From an uncultured Clostridia bacterium (GTDB taxonomy: Bacteria; Bacillota; Clostridia; TANB77; CAG-508), in NCBI GenBank assembly GCA_934122155.1, contig CAKOVX010000006.1:23-64022 (forward strand): DNA of 64,000 nucleotides, given 5' to 3'. Below are positions 51,616 through 63,000 of the stretch, piece after piece (the first letter of the stretch is position 1; each line of letters opens with the position of its first letter). Below the pieces are notes generated by a model, which saw nothing but the letters and a program-made list of their open reading frames with translations, made no database searches and was not told the origin of the DNA. Both the position numbers and the translations under genes were made by a program.

Positions 51616-52557
51616 ATGGATTTTATATCAGGAATATTTGGCTATTTACTTAATTGGCTGTATGAGGTTTTTAATAACTATGGAGTAGCAATTTTAATAT
51701 TTTCAGTAATTTTGAGAGTTATTTTAATACCAATTACAATTAAGCAACAAAAGTCAATGAAAAAATCAGCTGCACTTCAAGCTGAAATGTCAGAAATTCA
51801 GAAAAAATATAAAAATAATCCAGAAAAATTAAATCAAGAAACAATTGAATTATATAAAAGAGAAAAAATGAGTCCTTTTAGTGGCTGCTTGACATCTATT
51901 TTACAATTGGTAATCATTTTATCAGTATTTTGGCTAGTTAGCCAACCACTTAAATATATGAAAAAAATAGATAATAATCTAATTGATGCATATACAACTG
52001 AAATGAAAGAAAGTGGATATAATTCAAATAATAGTTATGTACAAATAGCTACAATTGACTATGCAGAAACAAAATATCAAGAAATATCTAAACAATTAGA
52101 GCAAGAAGATGTAGAAAATAGGGAAGAGTTAGTAAAAAAACAACAAGAATACAATCAATTAAGATTAAATATGGAATTTTTAGGAATTGATTTAAGTAAA
52201 GTTCCAACACAAAACTTAAATGATTGGAGGGTTTATGTTATCCCAGTTCTTTATGTTATAACTTCAATTATATCAACAAAACTAACAACAGCAACTCAAA
52301 AAAAGAAACAAAAACAAGATGCAATTGTTTCTAAAGATGAAGGAAGCAAAGAGATTGATCCAACAGAACAAATGCAACAAATGAGCAATAGCATGATGTA
52401 TATGATACCAGTAATGTCTGTTATGATTGCAATTATTGCTCCATTAGGATTAGCTTTATATTGGCTAGCAAGCAATGTTTTAATGATTGTTGAAAGACTT
52501 ATTATAAATAAAATTATGGAAAAAGATGACAATAAGGAGGAGTCTTCTAATGGCTAA
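51616..52557 (+). CDS. yidC: membrane protein insertase YidC/OxaA
   Basis: 313 aa; multiple TM helices; conserved rpmH-rnpA-yidC-jag order. Confidence 0.9.
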   Translation: MDFISGIFGYLLNWLYEVFNNYGVAILIFSVILRVILIPITIKQQKSMKKSAALQAEMSEIQKKYKNNPEKLNQETIELYKREKMSPFSGCLTSILQLVIILSVFWLVSQPLKYMKKIDNNLIDAYTTEMKESGYNSNNSYVQIATIDYAETKYQEISKQLEQEDVENREELVKKQQEYNQLRLNMEFLGIDLSKVPTQNLNDWRVYVIPVLYVITSIISTKLTTATQKKKQKQDAIVSKDEGSKEIDPTEQMQQMSNSMMYMIPVMSVMIAIIAPLGLALYWLASNVLMIVERLIINKIMEKDDNKEESSNG

Positions 52558-53266
52558 AAGTATTATCGTGGAAGGAAAAACTTCAACAGAAGCTATTGAA
52601 AAAGGTTTAAAAGAATTAAAAGTATCTAAAGATAAAGTTGATATAAAAATATTAGAAAATGAAGAAAAAAGAAGCTTTTTTAATATATTAGCTCCTAGAG
52701 TAGTAAAAGTTGAAATGATCTTAAAAGAGGGAGTAACAGAAAAGAAAGCTGAATATAAACAAAAAGAAGAAGTAAAACATGTTGAAAAAGAAAAAAGAGT
52801 ACCTTTAAAACCAGAAGAAGTAGAAAAGGTAAAAGCAAATTTAGAAGCATTTTTAAAAGATTTTGTTTCTAAGGTAAACAATATGGAATATAAAATTTCT
52901 TCAGATGATGAATATGTATATGTTACATTAAATGGAGAAGATGCAGGAAAATTAATTGGATATAGAGGCGAAACATTAAACTCTATGCAAGCAATTTTAA
53001 CTGCAATTGCTAACAAACAAGTAGAAAGCAGAGTTCATCTTATATTAGATATTGAAGGATACAGAGCTAAAAGACAAAAAGCACTAGAAGAACTTGCTGA
53101 TAAATTAACAAGAACAGTTATAAATACAGGTAAACAAGTTACTTTAGAGCCAATGTCTGCCTATGAAAGAAAGATTATTCATAATAGATTACAAGATAGC
53201 AAAAGAGTAAGAACTTATAGTGTTGGTGAGGAGCCATACAGAAAAGTTGTTATAGCAAAAAAATAG
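52550..53266 (+). CDS. jag: RNA-binding protein Jag/KhpB (Jag_N, KH, R3H)
   Basis: C-terminal R3H 'ERKIIHNRLQD...VRTYSVGEEPYRKVVI'; ATG after SD AAGGAGG, overlapping the yidC 3' end. Confidence 0.85.
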   Translation: MAKSIIVEGKTSTEAIEKGLKELKVSKDKVDIKILENEEKRSFFNILAPRVVKVEMILKEGVTEKKAEYKQKEEVKHVEKEKRVPLKPEEVEKVKANLEAFLKDFVSKVNNMEYKISSDDEYVYVTLNGEDAGKLIGYRGETLNSMQAILTAIANKQVESRVHLILDIEGYRAKRQKALEELADKLTRTVINTGKQVTLEPMSAYERKIIHNRLQDSKRVRTYSVGEEPYRKVVIAKK

Positions 53267-53440
53267 AGTAAAAAATCGGAAGTCAAAGTTCGGATTTTAG
53301 TTGATTTAACTAAGGGTTTAGTTAAGTATCTAATTCTAACTTTGACTTCTTAATTTTTAATATAATAAGCATCTTGCGTCGTTAAAAGTAATTAAAAATT
53401 ATAATAGAAATAACCTTATTTAATAACAGGGAGGTAAGAG

Positions 53441-54821
53441 ATGAGTACAATTGCTGCAATTTCAACAGCTCCAGCTAATGGAGGAATTGGAATTATTAGA
53501 ATGAGTGGAAAGAATTGCTTTGAAATACTAGATAAAATTTTTGTACCAAAACAAAAGCAAAATATAGAAGAAATATCTGGATACACCATAAAATATGGGT
53601 ATATTATAGATTTTAAAACAAAACAAAAAATAGATGAGGTTTTAGTATCATTTTTTAAAGCACCTAAAAGCTATACTACTGAGAATATGTGTGAAATAAA
53701 TTCACATGGGGGAGTGGTAATTGAACAAAAAATATTAGAACAATGTTTATTAGCAGGAGCTGAAATGGCTGAGCCTGGAGAGCTTACTAAAAGAGCATTT
53801 TTAAATGGCAGGATAGATTTATCACAAGCTGAAGGAATTATTGACTTAATAAATGCTAAAACTTCTCAAGAAGCAAAAGCATCATTTAAACAATTAGAAG
53901 GAAGCCTGTCTAAAAAGATTCAAGATATACGTCAGAATTTATTAAGCATAATGTCTGACATTGAGGCGTCTATTGATTATCCTGAATATGATGAAGTGCC
54001 TGAAATAGTAAATAAAAGGCTGATTGAACAAATAGATGCAATTGAAGATAAATTACTTAAATTAGAAAAAAGTTTTGACAGTGGAAGGGTACTAAAAGAA
54101 GGAATAAAAACAGTTATATTAGGAAAACCAAATGCAGGAAAGTCATCTTTATTAAATGCTATTTTAAACGAGGAAAGAGCAATAGTAAGTCAAATAGAGG
54201 GGACAACTAGAGATACTATTGAAGAAATGGTGCAGATTCAGGGAATACCTTTAAAATTAATAGATACAGCAGGCATAAGAAACACTCAAGATGAGATTGA
54301 AAAAATTGGCGTTAAAAAGGCTCTAGAGCTGTCAAACGAAGCTGACCTAATAATAGGTATATTTGACAACACAAAACGGCTTAGAAGCCGAAGATTTGCG
54401 AATACTGGATATTCTCAAAAATAAGAACTCAATTGTATTATTAAATAAGATTGATGAAAATGCAAATGGATTAGAAAATGATATTAACATTAAAAATGTT
54501 AATAAACCGGTTATAAAAATATCTGCTAAAACAAAAGAAGGATTAGAAGAATTATATGAACAAATTCTGAAGATGTTTAAATTAAATGAAATTGAAATAA
54601 ATGATGGGGAAGTAATAACAAATATAAGACATAAAAACCAAATTAGAAAGACTATTGAAGCCTTAGAACAAGCTAAAGATGGACTAAAAATAGAAATGCC
54701 AATTGATGTAGTGGCTGTTTCTTTAAAAGAAGCATTAGAAGATTTGAGTGAGATAACAGGAGAAAACGTATCAGAAGATATAATAAATAATATATTCTCT
54801 AAGTTTTGCTTAGGAAAATGA
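53441..54821 (+). pseudogene. mnmE: tRNA modification GTPase MnmE with an apparent +1 frameshift near 54375 (two overlapping ORFs, 327 + 152 aa)
   Basis: N-terminal domain and G1 '[10 protein letters not shown]' sit in frame 2; '[26 protein letters not shown]...' to the C-terminal 'CLGK' sit in frame 0; the frame changes at 'acaaaaCggctta'. Confidence 0.8.
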
Positions 54822-55085
54822 AAGAAAAATTAACTTATATGTTTCACAAGCAAAGCATTATAAAATATATAGTTTCCAAAGAAAAAATTGTGTGAAACAC
54901 GAATACTAAACTATAACAAAAAGACAATATCATTTAAAGACTTTCGACAAAGTGTTGAAAAATCAAAATAAAATAGTTTCGACAAAAAACGACAAGCCAA
55001 AAAGTTATATGAAACAGTGTTTTCGGTTTCATAGAAAACGAGATAAAAATAAAAAAAATAAATTTAACAAGGAAGGTAATAAAAA

Positions 55086-56969
55086 ATGAAATATAATGCT
55101 GGAAAATATGATGTAGCAGTAATAGGAGCTGGTCATGCTGGATGTGAGGCAGCTCTAGCAACAGCAAGATTAGGACTAAAAACTTTATTATTTAGTATAA
55201 GTTTAGAAGCAGTGGCAAACATGCCATGCAATCCACATATTGGTGGAAGTTCTAAAGGCCACTTAGTAATGGAAATAGATTGCTTAGGCGGAGAAATGGG
55301 AAAAAATATAGATAAAACATATACGCAGCTTAGAATGTTAAATACTTCGAAGGGACCTGCTGTATACTCTTTAAGAGCACAAGCTGATAGAAAAAAATAT
55401 CAAATGGAGATGAAACACACTTTAGAAAAACAACCAAACTTATACTTAAAACAAGCAGAAATAATTGATATAGGAGTTGAAAATAACAAGGTAAAATCAG
55501 TAGAAACTAATATTGGTGCAATATATGAGGTAGATAATGTTATATTAGCAACAGGTACATACTTAAAAGGAAAAATATATATAGGAGAAGTATCTTACGA
55601 AAGTGGCCCAGATGGTGTATTCCCAGCAAATAGATTGTCTGATATGTTGAAAAAAATTGGTATAAATTTAGTAAGATTTAAGACAGGAACACCAGCAAGA
55701 ATAAATAAAAATTCTATTGATTTTTCTAAAATGGAAAGACAAGATGGAGATAAAAATCCTACCGCATTTTCATTTGAAGATAAAATAGTAGAAAAAGAAG
55801 AACAACTACCATGCTATTTAACATATACAACACCTGAAACACATGAGATTATAAGGAAGAACTTACATCGCTCACCTTTATATGGTGGAGAGATAAAAGG
55901 TACAGGGCCAAGATATTGTCCGTCAATAGAAGATAAAGTGGTTAGATTTGCAGATAAAGAAAGACATCAAATATTTGTAGAACCAATAGGAAGAGATACA
56001 GACGAAATGTATATACAAGGGATGAGCTCATCACTTCCTGAAGATGTGCAAATAGCCATGTACCGCACTATACCTGGATTAGAACATGCAGAGTTTACAA
56101 GACCAGCATATGCAATTGAATATGATTGTATAGATCCATCTGAATTAAAATTATCATTAGAACATAAAAAAATAGATGGAATGTTTTTTGCAGGTCAAAT
56201 AAATGGAACTTCTGGATATGAAGAAGCTGCATCACAAGGAATTATAGCAGGAATAAATGTAGCACAAAAAGTAAGAGGAAGAAAACCAGTAATATTAGAC
56301 CGTTCACAAGCATATATAGGAGTTTTAATTGATGACATTGTAACAAAAGGAACTAATGAACCATACAGAATGATGACTTCTAGGGCAGAATATAGGCTTT
56401 TACTAAGACAAGACAATACTGATTTAAGATTAACAGAAATAGGACATGATGTAGGACTAATATCAGAAGAAAGATATCAAGCATTTTTAATTAAGAAAAA
56501 GCAAATTGAAGAAGAAATTGAAAGACTTGAAAATACTGTGGTTAGGCCGACAGATAAGGTAAATGAATTATTAAAAAATAATAATTCTTCACCACTTACA
56601 ACAGGCGTAAAAATGGCAGAATTATTAAGAAGAACAGAAATGAATTACGAACTTTTAAGCGAAATTGATGAAAATAGAAAAGAATTGCCTAAAGAAGTAA
56701 CACAAGAAGTAGAAATAGAAGTAAAATATAAAGGATATATAAAATTACAACAAGCACAAGTTGAAAAATTTAAAAAATTAGAAGCAAAATTATTGCCACA
56801 AGATATAGATTATAGTACAATTAAAGGACTAAGATTAGAAGCAAGACAAAAATTAAACAAAATAAAACCAAATTCAGTAGGACAAGCCTCTAGAATATCA
56901 GGCGTTTCACCAGCTGATATATCTGTTTTACTTATTTATTTAGAACAAACAAGAAAAAATGAGAAATAA
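55086..56969 (+). CDS. mnmG: tRNA uridine-5-carboxymethylaminomethyl modification enzyme MnmG (GidA)
   Basis: 627 aa; '[16 protein letters not shown]' FAD-binding site. Confidence 0.95.
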   Translation: MKYNAGKYDVAVIGAGHAGCEAALATARLGLKTLLFSISLEAVANMPCNPHIGGSSKGHLVMEIDCLGGEMGKNIDKTYTQLRMLNTSKGPAVYSLRAQADRKKYQMEMKHTLEKQPNLYLKQAEIIDIGVENNKVKSVETNIGAIYEVDNVILATGTYLKGKIYIGEVSYESGPDGVFPANRLSDMLKKIGINLVRFKTGTPARINKNSIDFSKMERQDGDKNPTAFSFEDKIVEKEEQLPCYLTYTTPETHEIIRKNLHRSPLYGGEIKGTGPRYCPSIEDKVVRFADKERHQIFVEPIGRDTDEMYIQGMSSSLPEDVQIAMYRTIPGLEHAEFTRPAYAIEYDCIDPSELKLSLEHKKIDGMFFAGQINGTSGYEEAASQGIIAGINVAQKVRGRKPVILDRSQAYIGVLIDDIVTKGTNEPYRMMTSRAEYRLLLRQDNTDLRLTEIGHDVGLISEERYQAFLIKKKQIEEEIERLENTVVRPTDKVNELLKNNNSSPLTTGVKMAELLRRTEMNYELLSEIDENRKELPKEVTQEVEIEVKYKGYIKLQQAQVEKFKKLEAKLLPQDIDYSTIKGLRLEARQKLNKIKPNSVGQASRISGVSPADISVLLIYLEQTRKNEK

Positions 56970-56991
56970 TCAAATAAAAAAGAGAGGAACA

Positions 56992-57718
56992 ATGTTGATT
57001 ATGAATAAATTAGAATTTAATAATAGTCTAATTGAAAAAGCAAAATCCTTTGGAATAAAAATATCTGAAAAACAGGCAGAACAGTTTTATAAATATATGG
57101 AATTATTATTAGAATGGAATGAAAAAATGAATTTGACAGCTATTACAGAGCCAGAAGACATTATTTTAAAGCATTTTATAGATAGTTTAACAATTATTTC
57201 GTATTTAAAAGAGGCAAATACAGTGCTTGATATTGGTACAGGAGCAGGCTTTCCACGGAATACCATTAAAGATATTAGAGGAAGACAAAAGATTTACTTT
57301 GCTAGATTCTTTAAATAAAAGGATAATATTTTTACAAACAATAATAAATGAATTAGAATTAAAAAATGTACAAGCAATTCATGGTAGAGCAGAAGAATTT
57401 GTGAGCAAAGGACGAGAAGCTTATGATATAGTAACATCAAGAGCAGTAGCAAGGCTAAATGTACTTTTAGAATATATGTTACCATTTGTAAGAGTTGGTG
57501 GAAAATGCATCTGCATGAAATCTTTTGAAATTGACGAAGAATTAAAAGAAGCAAAAAAGGCTATTGAAATTCTTGGAGGAGAGATTGAAAAAATAGATGA
57601 GATTATATTACCAGATACTGATATCCAAAGAAAAATAGTAGTAATAAAAAAAGTAAAAAATACACCAAATAAATATCCTAGAAAGGCTGGAACACCAGCA
57701 AAAGAGCCAATAATATAA
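56992..57718 (+). pseudogene. rsmG: 16S rRNA m7G527 methyltransferase RsmG (GidB) with an apparent +1 frameshift near 57256 (ORFs of 119 + 163 aa)
   Basis: 'VLDIGTGAGFP' ends frame 1; 'GIPLKILEEDKRFTLLDSLNKR' continues in frame 2; an extra C in 'ttccaCggaata'. Confidence 0.8.
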
Positions 57719-57917
57719 CTTTAGAGTGACTTTTGAAATTGAAGCAAAAGTCACTTTTTTTAACAATTTATAACCTGAAATTTCTTATAAAAATTATTAT
57801 ATTTTTTTCAAAAATTCATTGACATATTGAAGATATTTTTATATCATTAGTATGTCCCTTTTAATATAATTAGATATTAAAATAGTTTACATAAAAACAA
57901 CAAAGGAGGCAATAAAA

Positions 57918-58706
57918 TTGGGAAAAATTATATCAGTTGCAAATCAAAAAGGTGGAGTAGGAAAGACTACAACTTCAGTGAATTTAAGCACTTTACTTGC
58001 CAAAAGAGGAAAGAAAGTTTTGCTAATAGATGCAGACCCACAAGGAAATGCTACAAGTGGTGTTGGAATGGATAAAAATACAGAATTATCTGTTTATGAT
58101 TTAATAATTAGTGATGAAGTAGAAAGTAAAGATACTATTCAAAAAACAGAAATTAAAAATTTATATATTTGTCCATCTAATATAAACCTTGCAGGAGCAG
58201 AAGTTGAGCTAGTTTCAATGATGTCGAGAGAATATAGAATGAAAGAAAAGTTAGAATCAATAAAAGATAAGTTTGACTATATTATTATTGACTGTCCACC
58301 ATCATTAGGATTAATTACATTAAATTCATTTACAGCATCAGATAGTGTATTGATACCAGTACAATGTGAATATTACGCTCTAGAGGGATTAGGACAACTT
58401 ATAAACACTATTAATTTAGTAAAAAAACACTTAAATAAGGACTTGGAAGTAGAGGGAGCATTACTTACTATGTATGATATTAGAACAAACTTATCTAACC
58501 AAGTAGTAAAAGAAGTTAATAAATATTTTGAAAACAAAGTATATAAAACAGTAATTCCTAGAAACGTAAAACTAAGTGAGGCGCCAAGTTATGGAATGCC
58601 AATATCTATATATGATCCAAGATCAAAAGGTGCTAAAAGTTATGATAAATTTGTAAAAGAATTTTTGAAAAATAATGATAATACAAAAGGAAAACATGCA
58701 GTATAA
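57918..58706 (+). CDS. parA: chromosome partitioning ATPase ParA/Soj
   Basis: '[15 protein letters not shown]' deviant Walker A; TTG start after SD AAGGAGG. Confidence 0.92.
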   Translation: MGKIISVANQKGGVGKTTTSVNLSTLLAKRGKKVLLIDADPQGNATSGVGMDKNTELSVYDLIISDEVESKDTIQKTEIKNLYICPSNINLAGAEVELVSMMSREYRMKEKLESIKDKFDYIIIDCPPSLGLITLNSFTASDSVLIPVQCEYYALEGLGQLINTINLVKKHLNKDLEVEGALLTMYDIRTNLSNQVVKEVNKYFENKVYKTVIPRNVKLSEAPSYGMPISIYDPRSKGAKSYDKFVKEFLKNNDNTKGKHAV

Positions 58707-58725
58707 AAGAAAAGGAGATGTTATA

Positions 58726-59589
58726 ATGGCTGTTAAGAAAACAGGTTTAGGAAAAGGATTAGAAGCTTTATTTAGTGAAAATCAACTAACTAAAGAAGAA
58801 GAAAGAAAATTAAAAGATGGAGAAGAAATTGTTCAAAGCATAAAAGTTATTGAAATAGAACCAAATAGAAATCAACCAAGAAGAAATTTTCCAAGTGAAT
58901 CAATAGAAGAACTTGCAAAATCAATAGAAAAATATGGTGTAATTCAACCAATTATAGTATCTAAAAGAGATGGATATTATGAAATTGTTGCAGGTGAAAG
59001 AAGATGGAGAGCAGCTAAAAAAGCAGGATTAAGCGTAATGCCATGTATTGTTAGAGACAATGACGAAAGAAAAAATAAGGAAATTGCTCTAATTGAGAAT
59101 ATACAAAGAGAGGACTTAAACCCAATAGACAAGGCAAGAGGATTTAGACAACTACTAGATGATTATGGTATGACACAACAACAATTAGCAGATACAATAG
59201 GATTAAACAGAAGTACAGTTACAAACACATTAAGATTATTAAACTTAGATGAAAGAGTAATGCAATTAGCTATTGATGGAAAACTAAACGAAGGACATTG
59301 TAGATCATTATTATGCATTGCAGACCCAGATAAACAATATGCCGCAGCAATTAGAATTATAGAAAAAGGTGAAACGGTTAGAGACATTGAAAAGAAAGTA
59401 CAAGACCAAAAGAAAACATCACCTAAATATGAAGAGAGAAGACAAGCTATTTGTAGGGATATAGAAGATAGTTTCCAAAGTTTTTTTGGAACCAAAGTTA
59501 AGTTAAATGCAGGAAAAAGAAGTGGTAAAATCATTATTCAATACTCTACAAATGATGAATTAGAGAGAATTTTAAACTTGATAAAATAG
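58726..59589 (+). CDS. parB: chromosome partitioning protein ParB/Spo0J
   Basis: 'GLGKGLEALF' N-terminus; ParB box 'QPIIVSKRDGYYEIVAGERRWRAA'; HTH. Confidence 0.92.
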   Translation: MAVKKTGLGKGLEALFSENQLTKEEERKLKDGEEIVQSIKVIEIEPNRNQPRRNFPSESIEELAKSIEKYGVIQPIIVSKRDGYYEIVAGERRWRAAKKAGLSVMPCIVRDNDERKNKEIALIENIQREDLNPIDKARGFRQLLDDYGMTQQQLADTIGLNRSTVTNTLRLLNLDERVMQLAIDGKLNEGHCRSLLCIADPDKQYAAAIRIIEKGETVRDIEKKVQDQKKTSPKYEERRQAICRDIEDSFQSFFGTKVKLNAGKRSGKIIIQYSTNDELERILNLIK

Positions 59590-59593
59590 ATAA

Positions 59594-59638
59594 AAAATTG
59601 CTAAAATTTTAATAAATAAATTTTAGCAATTTTTTGAT
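59594..59638 (+). terminator. rho-independent terminator after parB
   Basis: TTGCTAAAATTT...AAATTTTAGCAA hairpin followed by a T-run. Confidence 0.6.
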
Positions 59639-59725
59639 TTTCTAAGGATAATTCTATTGACAACACAGTGAAAAATGTGCTATTATATATAAGGTTATCG
59701 GTACATTAGTATTGATAACTTAAGT

Positions 59726-59817
<92 letters not shown>

Positions 59818-59838
59818 TTTTTTTTTACTTAACAATTT

Positions 59839-59929
59839 GGAGGCTTACCCAAGTGGTTGAAGGGGACAGTTTGCTAAACTGTTAGGGTTCGCAAGGGCCG
59901 CGAGGGTTCAAATCCCTCAGCTTCCGCCA
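59839..59929 (+). tRNA. tRNA-Ser (anticodon GCT)
   Basis: Acceptor GGAGGCT/AGCTTCC, long variable arm, anticodon loop TTGCTAA, CCA encoded. Confidence 0.85.
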
Positions 59930-60014
59930 TTATAGCTTAGAGTAGTAATACTCTAGGTTATTTTTTTGCTCGAGATATAAAAAAATATATTTTAAATATT
60001 AATTGGTATAAAAT

Positions 60015-60045
60015 AAACTCTCTCTAAAATCTAGAGAGAGTTTTT
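60015..60045. terminator. rho-independent terminator (AAACTCTCTCTA/TAGAGAGAGTTT)
   Basis: 12-bp palindromic stem followed by a T-run, 3' of the large minus-strand gene. Confidence 0.65.
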
Positions 60046-60046
60046 A

Positions 60047-63000
60047 CTATATACTACTAACATTTGCAGTTTCTTTCTTCTCATTTTCTTTTTCAATAGC
60101 CAATTTTTCTTTTTGCTGTCTTTTTAAATTATCTTTTGCAACTGTCATTAATAATTTAATTCTATTTGTTTGGTTTGCTTCACTAGCACCAGGATCATAA
60201 TCAACTGGAGCGATATTTGCATCAGGATATTTATCTCTAATAGTTTTTATAACACCTTTTCCAACCACGTGATTTGGTAAACATGCAAATGGTTGTACAC
60301 AAACTATATTTGGAATACCATGTTCAATATATTCTACCATTTCAGCTGTTAAAAACCAACCTTCACCTGTTTGATTTCCAATTGATAAAATGTCCTTAAC
60401 TTTAGTTTCTAGCTCAAATATATCGCAAGGTAATAAATAACCTTTTTTAGAATTTTTAAGAGCTATAACTGAATCTTTTTCCAAAATATCAATTAATTTA
60501 ATTGCTGCCCTAAATAATTTAGCTTTCATTTTATCAGTTTTTATTAATTGATTAAATGTAATTTTATGTGTTGCTATAAATTTAACAAATCCCATAAAAT
60601 CAGGAAGAATTACTTCAGCACCTTCTTCTTCTAATTTATCTGCTACAAAGTTGTTGCCAAAAGGATGATATTTAATAAGTACTTCACCAACAATACCTAC
60701 TTTTGGTTTTTCAATTGAAGTATCTAGCTCAATTTTTTCAAAATCATTTACTATATCATAAATACTTTGTTTAAACTCTTTCATAGTTGATTTTACAACT
60801 AATGTTTTACATTTTTCCATCCACTCATCAAATAGTTTTTGAGTTTCACCTTTATGTATTTCATAAGCTCTATTTTTTGTAAGCATTTTTTGTAATAAAT
60901 CTGCATATACAACACATTTAATCATTCTTTCAATCATTGGTATTGTAATTTTAAATCCAGGCATTTTTTCCATACCAACAACATTAAATGATATAACTGG
61001 AACATTTGCAAATCCAGCATCTTTTAATGCTTTACGAATAAATCCAATGTAGTTTGTTGCTCTACAACCACCACCAGTTTGAGACATTATTAAAGCTGTT
61101 TTATTTAAATCATATTTGCCAGATTCCAAAGCTTCTATCATTTGACCAGTAGTTAAAATAGATGGATAACAAGCATCATTATTTACATATTTTAATCCAG
61201 TTTCAACAGTATGTTGAGTACAATTCCTTAATAATTCTACCTTGTAACCGCATGAAGCAACTGCAGCTTCTAATAGTTCAAAGTGTATTGGAGCCATTTG
61301 AGGAATTAAAATAGTATAATCTTTTTTCATATCTTTATCAAAGATTTTTTTAACTTGCTCATAATTTCCAGAGCCTTTTTCTAATTCTTTATTTTGTTCT
61401 CTTTTCTTCATACTAGCTAAAAGTGAACGAATACGAATACGAACAGCACCTAAATTATTTATTTCATCTATTTTTATTAAAGTATACATTTTACCAAAGC
61501 TGTTTAATATTTCCTCAACTTGATCAGTAGTAACAGCATCAACACCACAACCAAATGAATTTAATTGAACTAATTCAAGGTTGTCATGTTTACCAACAAA
61601 ATCTGCTGCTGCATATAATCTAGCATGAAATACCCATTGATCAACTACACGAATAGGCCTTTTAACTTCAGTTTGATTACAAATTGAGTCTTCTGTTAAA
61701 ACACATAAACCTAAGCTTGTAATTAAAGTATCAATACCATGATTTACTTCAGGATCCACGTGATAAGGTCTTCCAGCTAAAACAATTCCTTTTAAATTAT
61801 TTTTATTCATGTATTCTAAAGTTTCTTCACCTTTATCACGAATATCTTGTTTAAATTTTTGATACTCTTCTTCAGCTTTTTTTGCAGCTGCTAATAATTC
61901 TTTTTTAGTAAAGTTGTATTCAGCAAATTCTGGTAATTCCATAATTGTTTCAGCAAGTTTTTTGCAATCAAAAGGTAAAAATGGATTTAAAAATTTTATA
62001 TTATTTTCTTTTAATTCTTCAACATTATTTTTTAAAACTTCTGAATATGAAATTACAATAGGGCAATTATAATGATTATCAGCTTTTTCATATTCTTTTC
62101 TTGAATATGGCATACATGGATAAAAAATAGTTTTTATACCTTGTTTTATAAGCCCTATAATATGACCATGAGAAAGTTTTGCAGGGAAGCAAACTGACTC
62201 TGATGGCATACTTTCCATTCCTTTTTCATAAGTTTTACGATTACTTTTTTCTGATAAAACAACACGAAATCCTAAATTTGTTAAAAATGTAAACCAGAAA
62301 GGATAATCCTCATACATATTCAAAACCCTAGGGATACCAATAGTTCCACGAGGAGCATCTTTTTCATCTAAAGGTGTATAACCAAAGATTCTTTCATATT
62401 TATATTTCATAACATTTGGCAAATCTTTATGCTCTCCAACATTTCCAGCTCCTTTTTCACAACGGTTACCAGAAATATATCTTGAGCCATTACTAAATTT
62501 ATTTATTGTAAGTAAACAATGATTTTCACAACCATTACAACGAACATGTGAAATATCAATTTTTAATTTATCTAAATCTTCGGGTTTGCTTAAAGTAGAT
62601 ACATATTCCATATCTAAATTTGCTTCATATTGCTCTTTTGCAAGTAATGCTACACCATAAGCACCCATTAAACCAGCAATATCAGGTCTTACAACATTTC
62701 TACCAACAAGCAACTCAAATGCACGTAATACTGCATCATTGTAGAAGGTGCCTCCTTGTACAACAATGTGTGCACCTAAAGTTTTTACATCTCTAACTTT
62801 CATTACTTTTTGAATAGCATTTTTTATAACAGAATATGAAAGTCCAGCAGAAATATCTCCTACACTATAGCCTTCTTTTTGAGCTTGTTTGATTTTTGAA
62901 TTCATAAATACTGTACAACGAGAACCTAAATCAACAGGTCTTCTTGCTTCTAAAGCAGAGTTTACAAATTCTTCAATAGATAAATTTAAACTTTTAGCAA

